From an uncultured Chloroflexia bacterium (GTDB lineage: Bacteria > Chloroflexota > Limnocylindria > Limnocylindrales > CSP1-4), in contig CAVPPB010000003.1 of the NCBI GenBank assembly GCA_963707215.1, positions 1,120,001 to 1,184,000 of the forward strand: a stretch of DNA of 64,000 nucleotides, given 5' to 3'. The position numbers and the translations under genes were made by a program. Positions 20,805-31,090 of this stretch are shown piece after piece. Each line of letters opens with the position of its first letter. Positions within the stretch are counted from its first letter, which is position 1. The notes beneath the pieces are model-generated. The model was not told where the DNA came from. It was given only the letters and a program-made list of their open reading frames with translations, and ran no database searches.

Positions 20805-21254
20805 CTACCCCCCGGGAGTCTGGCTGAAGATGCCGGCGACCACGCTCGCGAGCGTGGTCACGAGCACCGCCCCGATCGGAGCCACGATCGCCCAGACCGG
20901 CAGCGACGTCGGATCGGTCCCGGTCTCCCAGACCGGGGCGACGACGCTCAGGGCGGTGGCGATGCCCCAGGTCGCCGCGACCGCGACGACGAGGCCGATC
21001 CAGAGGGGGCGCCGGCTCGCTGCGCCGCGGAGCTTCGACATCCCCCACAGGTAGCCGATCGAGCCGATCAGGCCCCAGATCCAGGTGAGGAACAGGGCGA
21101 GCGGTAGCCGCTCCTGCTGACTCCCGGATACGAGATCCGGCGACGCCAGGCTGATCACGATGACCGCGACCCAGATGATCGCGAGGCCGGCCAGGGTCCA
21201 GGTCATCCACGAGCGGTCGGCTGTCTCGACGGCTCGAGGCACGTGCTCGGTCAT
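20805..21254 (-). CDS. Hypothetical 4-TM membrane protein
   Basis: Four hydrophobic segments; GGAGG RBS. Confidence 0.7.
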   Translation of the reverse strand: MTEHVPRAVETADRSWMTWTLAGLAIIWVAVIVISLASPDLVSGSQQERLPLALFLTWIWGLIGSIGYLWGMSKLRGAASRRPLWIGLVVAVAATWGIATALSVVAPVWETGTDPTSLPVWAIVAPIGAVLVTTLASVVAGIFSQTPGG

Positions 21255-21568
21255 CTCACCCTCCGAAGCGTGACCCCAAGTATCGACCGCGTGTCGACCG
21301 TGACGACCCAGTCCCAGCCCCGGTGGGTCCGGCACGACCGGAGGCCCCGGCGTGGAGGGGTCGGGCTTCGGATCGCTGGGCGCGGCTGTCCCCGACCGGA
21401 GACGCACCGACCCACCGGGTAAGTCCCGACGAAGACCGGTCACGTAGCGTCCGATCCGGACGTCCCGTCCGCGCCAGAGGTGCCCCTCGCGCGGCGGGTC
21501 GTCCCCAGCCCGGTCCCGTCACCTGCGCTGGCCTGTTCCCGCCGGTCGATCCCGCCGGGGAGATAGCG

Positions 21569-22303
21569 ATGGAACCAGGATCGGCGCCCTGGCGGGTGCT
21601 CGGCACGGCGTCGGAGCCGACCATCGGGCTTGAGCACGAGGGTGACCAGCCGGCGCCCGACGACCGTGGGTCCGGCCCGCGCACGGCGTGGATCGTCGCC
21701 GGCCTCGCCGTCGCCGGAGCGCTCGGCATCGTCGGCTTCGGCCTGTGGGGCTCGGCGCCAGTGGATCCGCTCGGTGGCGCCGACGGGACGGTCGTGGTGG
21801 TGGCGTCCGCCGGCGCAGACGAGGCGGCCGCGGGCGGGACCGCCGCGGGGACGGTCGTGGTGGTGGATGTCGCCGGCGCGGTCCGACGACCGGGCCTCGT
21901 GGAGCTGCCGACGGGAAGCCGCCTGGCCGACGCGATCGCGGCCGCCGGCGGGTACAGCCCCGCCGTCGATCCGACGGCGGTGGTCGGGCTCAACCTCGCC
22001 GCCACGCTCACCGACGGCCAGCAGATCATCGTGCCGACTCGGAGCGCCGCCGGCGGGGCAGGTGCCACGAGCTCCGACCCGGCCGGGCAAGGAGGCGGAG
22101 GCGGCGGGGCAGGTCCCGTCGATCTGAACCGGGCCACGGCCGATCAGCTGGACGCCCTGCCGGGGATCGGGCCGGTCACCACGGAGAAGATCCTCGCCGC
22201 CCGGGCCGAGCGACCGTTCACCACGCTCGAGGAGCTCGTCGCGCGGAAGGTCATCGGGCGGGCGACCATGGAGAAGCTCGACGGCCTCGTCGTGGTCCGC
22301 TGA
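21569..22303 (+). CDS. comEA: Competence DNA-binding protein ComEA
   Basis: TM, VVVDVAGAVRRPG SLBB domain, DLNRAT..QLDALPGIGP HhH. Confidence 0.93.
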   Translation: MEPGSAPWRVLGTASEPTIGLEHEGDQPAPDDRGSGPRTAWIVAGLAVAGALGIVGFGLWGSAPVDPLGGADGTVVVVASAGADEAAAGGTAAGTVVVVDVAGAVRRPGLVELPTGSRLADAIAAAGGYSPAVDPTAVVGLNLAATLTDGQQIIVPTRSAAGGAGATSSDPAGQGGGGGGAGPVDLNRATADQLDALPGIGPVTTEKILAARAERPFTTLEELVARKVIGRATMEKLDGLVVVR

Positions 22304-22306
22304 CCC

Positions 22307-24860
22307 GTGCCGCGAGCCGGATGGGCCGCCCTCGGTGCCGCGCTCGCCGCGTCGGTCGCCACCGAGGTCGGACGCGGCGCCGCGCTCATGGTCGTGGCGC
22401 TCGCCTTGGTGGCGGGGACGCTGACCGGGACGGCCCCGCGACCGTGGGCGCCGCGCCTGGCGACGTGGCGTGTGGCCGCGGTCGCTACCCTCGCCGGCTC
22501 CATGCTCATCGCCATTCAGCTGGTCGTCGCGCCGCCGGCCAGCGTCCCGGCGTCCGACGTCGTCGGCTCGGAGGGCACCTGGGACGCTGTCGTGACGACC
22601 GTGTCGGCTCCGCTCGACGGCCGGCAGCGGGCGGTCGTCCGGCTCGCCGACGGACGACTCGTCGCGCTCACGGCGCCCCGCTACCCGCAACTGCGGATCA
22701 CCGACCGGATCCACGTCAGCGGTGCGCCCGAATCGCCGCCGGAGGGCCCATACGGCGACCACCTTCGGCGGATCGGCGTGACCGCCACGTTGCGCAGCCG
22801 GACCCTCGAGCGGATCGGCAGCGCCGACGACCCGATGGCCGCGATCGAGTCGATCCGGGCCGGTGCGGATCGCGCCCTGTCGCTGGTCCTGCCCGAGCCC
22901 GAGGCTGGGCTGGCGAGCGGCATCCTGGTCGGCCTCCGCGACCGGGTCGATCGGGAGCTGGCCACCGACTTCACGACCGCCGGCGTCAGCCACGTCGTGG
23001 CGATCTCGGGCTGGAACATCGCCGTGGTCGCCGCCGCCGTGGGCGCTCCCCTGCGGGGCCTCCAGCGGGGACGCCGGGCGCTCGTCATCCTCGTCGTCAT
23101 CGCCGCCTACACGCTGGTCGCCGGGGCGTCGCCATCGGTGGTTCGGGCCGCCCTCATGGCCGGCGTGGCGCTGACGGCCCGGGAGCTCGGGCGACCGGGA
23201 CGGGCCGCGAGCTTCCTGGCGATCGCCGCCCTGGCGATGCTCCTGCTCGATCCGGCCGTCATCTCGGACGCGGGCTTCCGGCTCTCGGTCGCCGCGACCG
23301 CGGGCCTGCTCGTCTGGGCGAGTCCGCTCGCGCGCCGCCTCTCGTCCGCTCGCGGGGTCCGGCTGCCCGGATGGCTGAGCGAGACGCTCGCACTGTCGCT
23401 GGCGGCCCAGCTCGCGACCCTGCCGATCGTGCTCGGCTCGTTCGGGCGCCTCTCACTCGTTGCGCCCCTCGCCAACCTGGTGGTCGCGCCCCTCGTCCCG
23501 CCGGCGATGGCCGCGGGCGTGGTCGCGCTCACGGCAGGGGCGGCCGCCTCGATCGGGATCGGCGGCCCGCTGGCCGCGGCACTCGCCGCGCCTGGGTGGG
23601 CGCTCCTGGCGACGCTGGTCGGATCGGTCCGGGTCCTGGCGGACGTTCCGGCCGCGTCGATCGACCTTGCGCCGCCCCTCGACCTGCTCGCCGCCGGGCT
23701 GGCCGCAGGGTGCGTCGCCCTGGCCCTGCCATCGGTCGCCGGGCGGCTCGGGGCTGCTTGGCGGCGAGGCACGCTCGCCCGGGCGCGCCGACGGCGGATC
23801 GACCAGGACCGCAGCAGTCGCAACCGCCCGGGCCCTGGCGGTCCCGGGGCCGGCGGACCGGGGCGTGGACCCGGCGGACGCCGGACGGGCCTCGCCCTCG
23901 TCACCGTCCTCGTCCTGGCCGTCGTCGGCGGCACGGCCGTCGCTCGGAGCGCCGATGGCGAGGTTCGCGTCGTCGTCCTCGACGTCGGGCAGGGCGATGC
24001 CATCCTCCTCGAGGGCGACCGAGGGGGGCGGTTGCTCGTCGACGGCGGCCCCGACCCGGAGCGGCTGCTCCCCGCGCTCGACGCCCGCGTCCCCCCATGG
24101 GACCGCCATCTCGACGTCGTCCTCGTCTCGCACCCCCACGAGGACCACGTCGGCGGCCTGCCCGCGCTCCTCGAGCGCTACCGCGTGGACCGGGTGCTCG
24201 AGACGGGGATGACCGGACCCGGCCCGGCCGACCGGGCGCTCCGGGACATCCTCGGCACGCAGGGGCGGGCTCCGGAGCGGCTCGGCACCGGTGACAGGAT
24301 CCGCCTCGATTCGGTCGAGCTGCAGGTCCTCTGGCCCGACCGTGCGTCCGTTCCCGAAGTGGCTCCGGACGATGGCTCGGAGGTCAACGACCGGTCGCTG
24401 GTGCTGCTCGGGACGGTCGGGCCGACCCGCTTCCTGCTGACCGGGGACGCCGAGGAGGGCGTGGACCCGGCCCTGCTGGCCCGCGGCCTGCCGCCGGTCG
24501 ACCTCCTCAAGGTCGCCCATCACGGGAGCCGGACCGCCACGAGCGGCACGCTCCTGGCCGCCATCCGACCGCGCCTGGCGATGATCTCGGTCGGCGAGGA
24601 CAACCCCTACGGCCACCCGGCTCCCGAGACCCTCGCGCGGCTCGTCTCGATCGGGGCAACGACGTACCGGACCGACCTCCACGGGACGATCGTGGCGGCC
24701 TTCGACGGCCGAGCCTGGGCCGTGACGACCGAGCGCGACCGGGCAGCTTCGGCCGGGTCGGATCGCAGGTCGGCGACGGAGGCCGGCCGCGGGCTGTGGC
24801 CCGGCCCCGTCAGCCGAGCGTCTGGATCGCTGACAGCCGGGCTCGGCTACCATCGGATCG
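22307..24860 (+). CDS. comEC: ComEC/Rec2 DNA-uptake channel (no in-frame stop; frame continues to 26620)
   Basis: SHVVAISGWNI, SVVRAALM, LDVGQGDA, SHPHEDH, LTGDAE, KVAHHGS, NPYGHP; end coordinate approximate. Confidence 0.9.
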
Positions 24861-25544
24861 ATGTCGGTCCCGAGCCGCGCCGAGGCCGCGGCGATCCTCC
24901 GGTCGTTCGATCCGCCGCCGTGGTTCCTGCGTCACTCGCGGGCCGTCGCCGAGGTGGCAGGCTGGCTCGCGGCGCGGGCGGCCGCCAGCGGTCGACCGAT
25001 CGACCGCCCGCTCGTCGAAGCCGCCGCCCTGCTCCACGACATCGACAAGCTCCTCGACCCCGCGGACCCGGTCCGCCGGCTGCCCCACGGAGAGGCGGCC
25101 GCGGCCTGGCTCGACGCCGCCGGGCACCCGGAGCTGGCAGGGGCGATCGCCGCGCACCCGGTCACCCGCCTCGCCGACGGTCCGGCCGCCGACGCATGGC
25201 TGCGCGATGCCTCCCTCGAGGAGCGCGTCGTGGCCTACGCCGACAAGCGCGCGGGGCAGCGCCTCGAGCCGGTCGCCGCTCGCTTCGCTTCCTGGGAGCG
25301 ACGCTACCCGCCGACGGATCGTGGCACGGACGTGACCCCTGCCCGGACCGGCAGCGGCTGGGACTCGGTCACCATCGAGATCGTGCGGGACCGCGTCGGC
25401 AAGCTCGAGCGCGACGTCTGCGCCGCCGCCGCCGTCCGGCCCGAGCAGGTCCGGCGCCTCGCCTGGACCGGGGCGGCCCTCCGGTCGGCGGCGGCCGGCG
25501 ACGGGCCATGGCGACCGGCGCCGGGCACCGAGCCGCATCCATGA
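24861..25544 (+). CDS. HD domain-containing phosphohydrolase
   Basis: HSRAV, AALLHDIDK, HGE, H, YADKR; TACCAT 7 nt before ATG; ATGA overlap with holA. Confidence 0.88.
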   Translation: MSVPSRAEAAAILRSFDPPPWFLRHSRAVAEVAGWLAARAAASGRPIDRPLVEAAALLHDIDKLLDPADPVRRLPHGEAAAAWLDAAGHPELAGAIAAHPVTRLADGPAADAWLRDASLEERVVAYADKRAGQRLEPVAARFASWERRYPPTDRGTDVTPARTGSGWDSVTIEIVRDRVGKLERDVCAAAAVRPEQVRRLAWTGAALRSAAAGDGPWRPAPGTEPHP

Positions 25545-26620
25545 CCCGGGGTGGTCCGGTCCGGGGCGACGGTCCTCCGGCCGGATCGAGCGGCCCCGCC
25601 CTGGGATACTTCCGGGGCGACGACGGCTACGAGCTCGAGCGCGCGGCCGACCGGATCGCCGGACGGCTCGAGGCGACCTCCGGGATCGCGCCCGAGCGGC
25701 GTCGCATCGACGGCGCCGCGACCACGGCGGGGCGGATCGCCGAGTGGGTCGCCACGGCACCGCTCTTCGGTGGCGGGACGCTGGTCGTCGTGGTCGAACC
25801 GGGGCCGCTCATCCGATCCGCTGCCGACCGGGCAGCTCTCCAGGCGGTGATGACCGGCCTGGCTCCCGGCAACGGCCTCGTGTTCCTCGACCCGACCGAC
25901 GGCACGGCGCGCCGCTCGGCGTCCTCGGACGCCCTCCGCGACGCGGTCGCGGCTGCGGGAGGCCAGACGGCCGAGCACCGGGCGCCAAGCGAGGGTCGCC
26001 TGGCGGCCTGGATCGAGGCCCGGGCAGCCGAGCGGCGCATCCCGCTCGAGCCCGGGGCGGCCAGGGTGCTCGGCGAGCGGGTCGGTGGCTACGTCCGCGA
26101 GGGCGACATCGACCGTCGCCGTATGGGCATCCAGGCGGTCAACGAGCTCGAGAAGCTGGCGCTGTACCGGGACGGTGAGCCGATCCGCCCGGTCGATGTC
26201 GAGGCGCTCGTCGCCGAGTCCGTCCCGACCTCGACCTGGGCGTTCCTCGACGCCCTCGGCGAGCGCCGGATCACCGTCGCCGTCGGGGCCCTCGATCGGC
26301 TTCTGGCCACCACCCCGGAGCCGCTCCTGCTCGCGCTCCTCCATCGCCGCCTGCGCGAGATCCTCGAGGTGGCCGATCGGCTGGCCGCCGGCATGTCGCT
26401 CCAGGCCGCGGCCCGCGAGCTCAAGCTCAAGCCGTTCCGGGCGGAGCGTCTCGCCGCCCAGGCCCGGCGCTGGGAGCTGGCCGAGCTCGATGCCGCGATC
26501 GTCGGCCTCGCCGAACTGGATGCCCGGGTCAAGGGCGTGCCGCCGGCCTCGGCCGCGCAGCGGCGAGCGGCGTTCGTCCTCTGGCTCAGGGAGCGGGTCG
26601 GGACAGCGCCGGCCCGATAG
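25541..26620 (+). CDS. holA: DNA polymerase III delta subunit
   Basis: GDDGY, TAPLFGG, ELEKLALY, WAFLDALGER; conserved position after comEC. Confidence 0.88.
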   Translation: MTRGGPVRGDGPPAGSSGPALGYFRGDDGYELERAADRIAGRLEATSGIAPERRRIDGAATTAGRIAEWVATAPLFGGGTLVVVVEPGPLIRSAADRAALQAVMTGLAPGNGLVFLDPTDGTARRSASSDALRDAVAAAGGQTAEHRAPSEGRLAAWIEARAAERRIPLEPGAARVLGERVGGYVREGDIDRRRMGIQAVNELEKLALYRDGEPIRPVDVEALVAESVPTSTWAFLDALGERRITVAVGALDRLLATTPEPLLLALLHRRLREILEVADRLAAGMSLQAAARELKLKPFRAERLAAQARRWELAELDAAIVGLAELDARVKGVPPASAAQRRAAFVLWLRERVGTAPAR

Positions 26621-26674
26621 CGGTCCCGGCGACCGCCGATGTCGCGGCGACCGCCCGAGCGCCCGGCGAGCGGG

Positions 26675-26920
26675 TCAGCTCGACCAGGCCTGCTCCTGGA
26701 CGACCAGGTCGCTCTCGATCGCGAAGACGCAGCGCCCTCGGCCCAGATCCATCAGCTCGATGAGATCGGGGTCGATGTAGAGCTGGTGGCACTCCTCGCA
26801 GAGGCGTCCCGGGATGCCGAAGCAGAGTCGCTCCGTCCTGTCGGGCATCCGGAACGTCGTGTCGAACCGGGACGCGATCAGGCGGCGGGAGCAGCTCGGG
26901 CAGCGCTCGAACTGGGTCAT
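26675..26920 (-). CDS. YgiT-type zinc-finger small protein (81 aa)
   Basis: CPSC...IPGRLCEEC...YID pattern; GAGGA RBS. Confidence 0.7.
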   Translation of the reverse strand: MTQFERCPSCSRRLIASRFDTTFRMPDRTERLCFGIPGRLCEECHQLYIDPDLIELMDLGRGRCVFAIESDLVVQEQAWSS

Positions 26921-27142
26921 CGTCCGGCTCGATCCTCTGCGGTCGGTCGGGGTCGTGCGACCTCGATCCGGAGGGCATCCTAGGCTCGCGCCCGGCTCCA
27001 CCGACATGACCCGACGGTACCGACCCGGAGGTACCGTCCTACGCGGAGCCGGCGCTGCGACGACCCTCGGTCGTGGAGGGACGGTGCCCGCAGGGACCGG
27101 TCGTGGAGCCCGGGGTCGCCCCGCCCGCGTCGCCGAGCGTGG

Positions 27143-27574
27143 CTACTGGACGCGAAGGATCGTCTTCGCCTGGGACCAGTGCCGCTCCAGCTGGTAGTAA
27201 TCGCGCTCGGGCGGCGTGAAGACGTGGACCACGACCCCGCCGAAGTCGAGCAGGATCCAGTGCGACCCGGCGATCCCCTCCCGCCCGATCGCCTGGACGC
27301 CCTCCTTCTTGAGCCCCTCCACGACGGCGTCGGCGATCGCGTCGATCTGACGCTCGGACCCGCCGGAGCAGATGACGAAGTGGTCGGCGACCGTCGTGAG
27401 GCCGCCGAGGTCGAGGAGGACGATGTCGGCGGCCTTTTTGTCCTCGACCAGCTCGACCACGCGGCGGGCGACCTCCAGCGAGGGCTGCTCGGCGGCCGGC
27501 ACCGGCTCGCTTCGCTCGGGCAGGCCGTCGGGACGAGGATGGGCGGGCGCCGGCTGGTCGATGGGGTCGGTCAC
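27143..27574 (-). CDS. rsfS: Ribosome silencing factor
   Basis: DKKAADI, DHFVICSG, WILLDFG.VVVHVF, RDYYQLE. Confidence 0.95.
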   Translation of the reverse strand: MTDPIDQPAPAHPRPDGLPERSEPVPAAEQPSLEVARRVVELVEDKKAADIVLLDLGGLTTVADHFVICSGGSERQIDAIADAVVEGLKKEGVQAIGREGIAGSHWILLDFGGVVVHVFTPPERDYYQLERHWSQAKTILRVQ

Positions 27575-28299
27575 GATGGTCGGTCCTCCTGTCGGGGTGG
27601 ACGATACAGCCCGTGCTCCAGGATGTACGCCTCGACGGCGGCGGGCACGAGGTAGCGGATGGACCGGCCGACCCGGACCCTGGCCCGGATCGCCGTCCCC
27701 GAGATGTCGAGGCGGGGCGCGTCGAGGAGGACCACCCGGTCGGCGGCCCCCGGAACGATCGCTTCGAGCGCTCCAGGGTCGAACGGCGCGGCGCCGGGTC
27801 GCGGGACGACCGCCAGGCGACACCCGGCCAGGAGACGGTCGGGTCGTTGCCAGGTCGCGAGGCCGCGGGCGGCCTCGGTCGAGAGGATGAACCACAGGTC
27901 CGGATCGCGGCCGGCCGCCCGGTCGGCGGTCGCCAACGCCTCGATGGTGTCGACCGAGTACGACGGCCCGGGCCGCTCAAGCTCGATCGCCGACGAACGG
28001 AACCACCGGTTCCCCTCGATGGCCAGCTCGAGCATCGCCAGGCGGTCCGCTCCGGCGCTGACCGGTCGGCCCGTCTTCTGCCAGGGGACCCCGGTCGGGA
28101 TGAAGACCACCTCCTCAAGGCCCAGCTGCTCGCGCGCCTCCTCGGCCGCCGCCAGGTGCCCCAGGTGGATGGGATCGAAGGTCCCGCCGAGGATCCCCAG
28201 CCGGCCGGGCCGTGTCGCCAGCGGGGCCGGGGGGTCGAGCGGGTCGAGTGGCCGGTCCGGCTGGGTCGCGCTCGGATCCGGTCGACGCTCGGCGGTCAT
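27571..28299 (-). CDS. nadD: Nicotinate-nucleotide adenylyltransferase
   Basis: GILGGTFDPIHLGHL, SYSVDT, ISGTAIR, YILEHGLY. Confidence 0.95.
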   Translation of the reverse strand: MTAERRPDPSATQPDRPLDPLDPPAPLATRPGRLGILGGTFDPIHLGHLAAAEEAREQLGLEEVVFIPTGVPWQKTGRPVSAGADRLAMLELAIEGNRWFRSSAIELERPGPSYSVDTIEALATADRAAGRDPDLWFILSTEAARGLATWQRPDRLLAGCRLAVVPRPGAAPFDPGALEAIVPGAADRVVLLDAPRLDISGTAIRARVRVGRSIRYLVPAAVEAYILEHGLYRPPRQEDRPS

Positions 28300-28312
28300 G
28301 GACGGCGGCCGC

Positions 28313-29611
28313 TCAAGGACGGTCCTCGAACACGTCGGGCTCCCATTCGAGCTCCTGGCGGCCGATCCGGACGGCGTCGCCGGGTGCGACCCCGTGCCGC
28401 CGCAGCTCGGCCTCGATGCCGAGGCGCGCCAGGTCGCGCTGGAAGCGGGCGGCCGACTCCTCGTTCTCGAAGTCCGTCTGGGCGACGATCCGCTCGATCC
28501 GCCGACCGCGGACCCGGTAGACACCGGCCTCCTCTCGCTCGACGGAGAAGGCGTCCCGGGCCGCCTCCAGGCGGTGGACCACGACGCCGGACGGCTCGGG
28601 CGGGGCATCGAGCTCCGCGGCCGAGGGCAGCAGGCTGGCCAGGCGAGCGCGCAGGCCGGGCAGCCCGTCGCCTTTGGCCGCGGAGATGCCGACGCACTCG
28701 AGCCCATCCCGCTCACGGGCTCGCCGGAAGTCGTCCCAGGCGGCTGCAGCCGCGGGCACGTCGAGCTTGTTGAAGGCCACCAGCATCGGCTTGGCCAGCA
28801 GGGCGGGGTCATGGGCCTCGAGCTCGTCTCGGACGACCTCGAAGTCCCAACCGGGGTCGCGTGACGAGCCGTCGACCACGTGGACGAGGATGCGGGTCCG
28901 CTCGACATGCCGGAGGAAGGCGTGACCGAGGCCGGCGCCCTGGCTGGCGCCTTCGATGAGCCCGGGCACGTCGGCGATCGTCGGACGCCGCGGGTCGTCG
29001 TCACCGAGGTCGAGGACGCCGAGGTTCGGCTCGAGGGTGGTGAAGGGGTAGTCGGCGATCTTGGGTCGCGCCGCAGTGAGGGCCGCCAGCAGGGTGGACT
29101 TTCCGGCGTTCGGCAGCCCCACGAGCCCGACGTCGGCGATGAGGCGGAGCTCGAGCCGCAGCCAGTGCTCCTCGCCGGGCTCGCCCTTCTGGGCATGGCG
29201 CGGCGTCCGGTGGGTCGCGGTGGCGAAGTGGACGTTGCCCAGGCCGCCCCGTCCGCCCTTTGCCACCATCGCCGTCTGCTCGGTCGCCACGAGGTCGGCC
29301 AGCAGGGCATCGGCGGCATCGTCGTAGACAGCCGTGCCTGGGGGCACCGCGAGGGTGAGGTCGCGCCCGGCCTTGCCGTGACGGCGGGAGCGCTCGCCCC
29401 GGCCACCGCTCTCGGCCCGGAAGTGGTGCTTGTACTGGAAGTCGCGAAGGGTCGTCAGCCCCGGGTCCACGGTGAGGTGGACCGAACCGCCACGACCGCC
29501 GTCGCCACCGTCGGGGCCGCCCCGCGGGACATGGGCCTCCCGGCGGAACGTGGCCGCGCCGTCACCGCCGGCGCCGGCTCGGACGAGGATCTTCACTCGA
29601 TCAAGGAACAT
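28313..29611 (-). CDS. obgE: GTPase ObgE/CgtA
   Basis: MFLDRVKI, GGPDGGDGGRGG, GLPNAGKSTL, IADYPFTT, DVPGLIEGA, NKLD. Confidence 0.97.
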   Translation of the reverse strand: MFLDRVKILVRAGAGGDGAATFRREAHVPRGGPDGGDGGRGGSVHLTVDPGLTTLRDFQYKHHFRAESGGRGERSRRHGKAGRDLTLAVPPGTAVYDDAADALLADLVATEQTAMVAKGGRGGLGNVHFATATHRTPRHAQKGEPGEEHWLRLELRLIADVGLVGLPNAGKSTLLAALTAARPKIADYPFTTLEPNLGVLDLGDDDPRRPTIADVPGLIEGASQGAGLGHAFLRHVERTRILVHVVDGSSRDPGWDFEVVRDELEAHDPALLAKPMLVAFNKLDVPAAAAAWDDFRRARERDGLECVGISAAKGDGLPGLRARLASLLPSAAELDAPPEPSGVVVHRLEAARDAFSVEREEAGVYRVRGRRIERIVAQTDFENEESAARFQRDLARLGIEAELRRHGVAPGDAVRIGRQELEWEPDVFEDRP

Positions 29612-29737
29612 CACGCTCGATTGTCCCATGACCGGGCCTCGGGACCGGGCCCCATCGAGCGGAGGATCGCGCGCCCCGGAACGCGACGACGACGGGCGCG
29701 GGGCCCGGCGTCGTCAGCGGTGGATCGAGCGGTCGGC

Positions 29738-31090
29738 CTAGTAGTAGGCCAGCGGGTTGACCCGGTTGTCGCGGCCGTTGGCCCACGGGTAGCCGCGGGT
29801 GACCTCGAAGTGGAGGTGCGGGCCGTACGCCCAGCCGGTCGAGCCGGCGCGGCCGACGGCCTGCCCACGGGCGACACCCTGGCCCCGCGAGACGAGGACC
29901 CGCGACAGGTGGTTGTAGGTCGTGTAGAGGCCGTTGCCGTGATTGACCCAGACGACGTAGCCGCCGCCGTTGTTCTTCCAGCCGGCATAGACGACCGTCC
30001 CGGCTGCCGCCGAGTAGACCTTGTCACCGGTCTTGGCGGCGATGTCGAGCCCGTGGTGACCGGCCCGGTAGTACTGGATGATCCGGTGGCCGGGCATCGG
30101 CCAGGCGAGTCGGCCGCCTGAGTAGGACGGCGCCGAACCACCACCACCACTGCCGCCGCCGGAGCTGGATGTGCGCGGCCGGGCCGTCGGCTTCGGCGTG
30201 GGCTTGGGCGTGGGCGTGGCGATCGCCTCGCCTCGCGCGCCGGGCAGGATCAGGACCTGGTCCACGACCAGATCGGCGTCGATGAGGCCGTTGTAGGCGA
30301 TGATCTCGCCAACCTCGACCTTGTGGGCCGCGGCCAGTGAGTCAAGCGTGTCGCCGGCCTTGACCGTCACGACGAGGCCGTCGACGGGTGGGATGATCAG
30401 GTCCTGGCTCTGCTTGAGGTCCTTGGTCTTGAGGTCGTTCGCCCACCAGATCGTCATCATCGAGACGCCGAACCTGTTGGCGATGCCGGTCAGCGTGTCG
30501 CCGGCCTTCACCTCGTAGGTCTGAAGACGCTCGCTGGCGTCGGGGACCGTCGGATCGACGGCGATCGGCTTCAGCAGCGTGCCGTCGGCCAGGAACTGGC
30601 TCATCGGGAAGGACTCGGGTTCGTCCGCCGCATCGGCGGCAAGGGCGTTCGCCGGGGCGCCGAGCGCTTCCTGGGACCCGGCCTCGGCGACCAGATCGGC
30701 GGTGCCGTCTCCCGTGGCGGCCTCGGCCGGACCGATGACGCCGCCACCGATGACGATCCGCGGGCTGGTCTGGTCGACCTTCGTGGGGGCGCCGGTCGTC
30801 GGCGCGACGCTCAGGATCGAGGCGGCGACCACGAGGCCGGCGACGGCCACGGGGAGGGCACGTTCTCGACCCGAGAGGCCGGCGATGGAACCAGCCAACC
30901 GGCGGGACGCCGTACGGGTGGTCTCGGCGATCGCGGCGGGGTCGCTGCGGCGGACCGACCGGAGCCGGTCCAGGGGGGTCACGGGATGGGCAGCATCACG
31001 GCTGCGGGAGGGGGCGCCGTCGGGCGTACTCGGGGGAGCGGGACGCAAGCGTGCCAGTGCGCGGCGCACGCCGATGATCACGTTCGGCAA
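29738..31090 (-). CDS. LysM-domain M23 family metallopeptidase (start TTG 31090 or 31102)
   Basis: Two LysM repeats (VKAGDTL), HHGLDI, YNHL, GSTG..YGPHLHFE. Confidence 0.9.
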   Translation of the reverse strand: MPNVIIGVRRALARLRPAPPSTPDGAPSRSRDAAHPVTPLDRLRSVRRSDPAAIAETTRTASRRLAGSIAGLSGRERALPVAVAGLVVAASILSVAPTTGAPTKVDQTSPRIVIGGGVIGPAEAATGDGTADLVAEAGSQEALGAPANALAADAADEPESFPMSQFLADGTLLKPIAVDPTVPDASERLQTYEVKAGDTLTGIANRFGVSMMTIWWANDLKTKDLKQSQDLIIPPVDGLVVTVKAGDTLDSLAAAHKVEVGEIIAYNGLIDADLVVDQVLILPGARGEAIATPTPKPTPKPTARPRTSSSGGGSGGGGSAPSYSGGRLAWPMPGHRIIQYYRAGHHGLDIAAKTGDKVYSAAAGTVVYAGWKNNGGGYVVWVNHGNGLYTTYNHLSRVLVSRGQGVARGQAVGRAGSTGWAYGPHLHFEVTRGYPWANGRDNRVNPLAYY

